Shown here in pieces: positions 62,230-64,000 of a stretch of DNA of 64,000 nucleotides; the first letter of the stretch is position 1; each line of letters starts with the position of its first letter. A program made the translations under genes and the position numbers. Source of the stretch: Macrostomum hystrix (lineage: Eukaryota > Animalia > Platyhelminthes); NCBI GenBank assembly GCA_950097015.1, contig CATNEN010000001.1, forward strand, positions 17,174,001 to 17,238,000, given 5' to 3'. The notes under the pieces were generated by a model, which was not told the origin of the DNA, did not search any database, and saw only the letters and a program-made list of their open reading frames with translations.

Positions 62230-62678
62230 CCCAATCCTTCTCTATCCTTCCCTATCCTTCCCTATCATTCCCCATCCATCCCTATCCTTCTCTATTCTTG
62301 TCTATCCTTCCATATCTTTCCCTATCCTTCACAATCCTTCTCTACCCTTCCCTTCCCTTCCTTATCATTCTCTACCCTTCCCTATCCTTCTCTACCCTCC
62401 CTATCCTTCCCTATCCTTCCCTATCCTTCTCTACCCTCCCTATCCTTCCCTATCCTTCTCTACCCTTCCCTATCCTTCTCTACCCTTCCATATCCTTCTC
62501 TACCCTCCATATCCTTCTCTACCCTTCCCTATCCTTCTCTACCCTTCCCTATCCTTCTCTACCCTCCCTATCCTTCTCTACCCTTCCCTATCCTTCTCTA
62601 CCCTCCCTATCCTTCCCTATCCTTCTCTACCTTCCCTATCCTTCCCTATCCTTCCTTATCACTCCCTATCCTTCTCAC
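62230..62678. repeat. CT-rich compound repeat (CCCTATCCTTCTCTACCCTT)
   Basis: Directly visible. Confidence 0.9.
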
Positions 62679-63292
62679 TACTTCACTAATCAAGCCTCAC
62701 TATCTCACTGAAATTTACACTGTGGAGATTAGAAACAATGATCAAACTTAACCCACGAAAGCCTAATAGTAACACACCCCAGAGTCAATAGGATGATGTA
62801 CTTCAACTCATGCCTAATAAGAAAAAAAATTATACTAGTAACCTAAGCTTTCTAAATTCCAAAAATATTATATTTCTTTCTGAATTAGTTATTCACATTG
62901 GCATTGTGTTCGACATTCTTAATTGTGTTTCTACTACGCTCGTAATTTTATAAGCACTCTCTCAGACGAAGGCCCTAGTAACTTACACAGTTGAGAAACT
63001 CGCGTTGCTAAAGGTCGAGTGGCCCCACATCAGAGGGAATGCCTGATTGCAGACCCACTGAGCAAAGCTCAGCAGTTTGTGTGCGGCACCACTCTCAGTG
63101 AGCACTTTGATGGCTTCGATTGCGCGTGTGCTGAGAAGGGAGTTTCATACTGGCGCCATCAACAGCTTTTGCTACGGGACAAACTGCTTGCTGCCTTTCA
63201 CTTTTTAGACGCGAGCATTATTAACTTTTTTTCCTGAGAGTATCGGCAGCCATTAGAGACATTTTACATTGCAGGTAGTGTAAGGACAGGGC

Positions 63293-64000
63293 GGAATGGA
63301 CAGGATGGAATGGACAGGATGGAATGGACAGGATGGAATGGACAACATGGAATGGACACAATTGAATGGACACGATGGAATGGACACGATGGAATGGACA
63401 CGATGGAATGGACACGATGGAATGGACAGGATGGAATGGACAGGATGGAATGGACACGATGGAATGGACACAATGGAATGGACACGATGGAATGGACACG
63501 ATGGAATGGATGCAATCTTCTCAGGATGGAATGAACAGGATGGAATGGACACGATGGAATGGACACGATGGAATGGACACGATGGAATGGACAGGATGGA
63601 ATGGACAGGATGGAATGGACACGATGGAATGGACACAATGGAATGGACACGATGGAATGGACACGATGGAATGGATGCAATCTTCTCAGGATGGAATGAA
63701 CAGGATGGAATGGACACGATGGAATGGACACGATGGAATGGACAGGATGGAATGGACAGGATGGAATGGACAGGATGAAATGGACAGGATGGAATGGACA
63801 CGATGGAATGGACAGGATGGAATGGACAGGATGGAATGGACACGATGGAATGGACAGGATGGAATGGACAGGATGGAATGGACAGGATGGAATGGACAGG
63901 ATGGAATGGACAGGATGGAATGGACAGGATGGAATGGACAGGATGGAATGGACAGGATGGAATAGACAGGATGGAATGGACACGATGGAATGGACTTGGA
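63293..64000. repeat. 14-bp minisatellite (ATGGAATGGACAGG / ATGGAATGGACACG)n running to the right edge
   Basis: Tandem units with a duplicated interruption (TGCAATCTTCTCAGG). Confidence 0.96.

Noticed and set aside
62987-63130. Candidate upstream exon of the Cys-rich gene (TRAIEAIKVL...WVCNQAF)
   Set aside because: Its only open frame ends in phase 2 whereas the exon at 62081 needs phase 1; no bridging exon was found.

Overview
Eukaryotic (metazoan) genomic DNA with spliceosomal GT-AG introns and a very high load of 14-40 bp minisatellites. The overall style suggests a free-living flatworm such as Macrostomum; this is an inference, not shown by the sequence. Supported genes, left to right: 5' part of an AMP deaminase (-); a complete 7-exon Tudor-SN/SND1 (-) whose Tudor aromatic cage is degenerate; a 5'-truncated RTE-like LINE; an orphan secreted-type ORF; a head-to-head pair of intronless DEG/ENaC channel genes; five co-oriented + strand genes (unannotated 3-exon 101-aa protein, RCCD1-like, PDXDC1-like, ECHS1, PRA1/PRAF); a divergent beta-tubulin (-); and an unannotated Cys-rich, probably GPI-anchored gene (-) assembled from five phase-compatible exons. 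Mobile DNA includes two tRNA-derived SINE families, two MITEs, a CACTA-like transposase relic and a second LINE relic. Main leads: (1) the PRAF gene has no genomic ATG and begins in phase 0 at an AG acceptor 444 bp after the ECHS1 stop, as expected for a trans-spliced operon using a spliced-leader AUG; (2) fold-back templated insertions at two retro-insertion junctions; (3) minisatellites born from a splice junction or dispersed as units with fixed termini. The very long repeat-derived ORFs in the track are judged non-coding.
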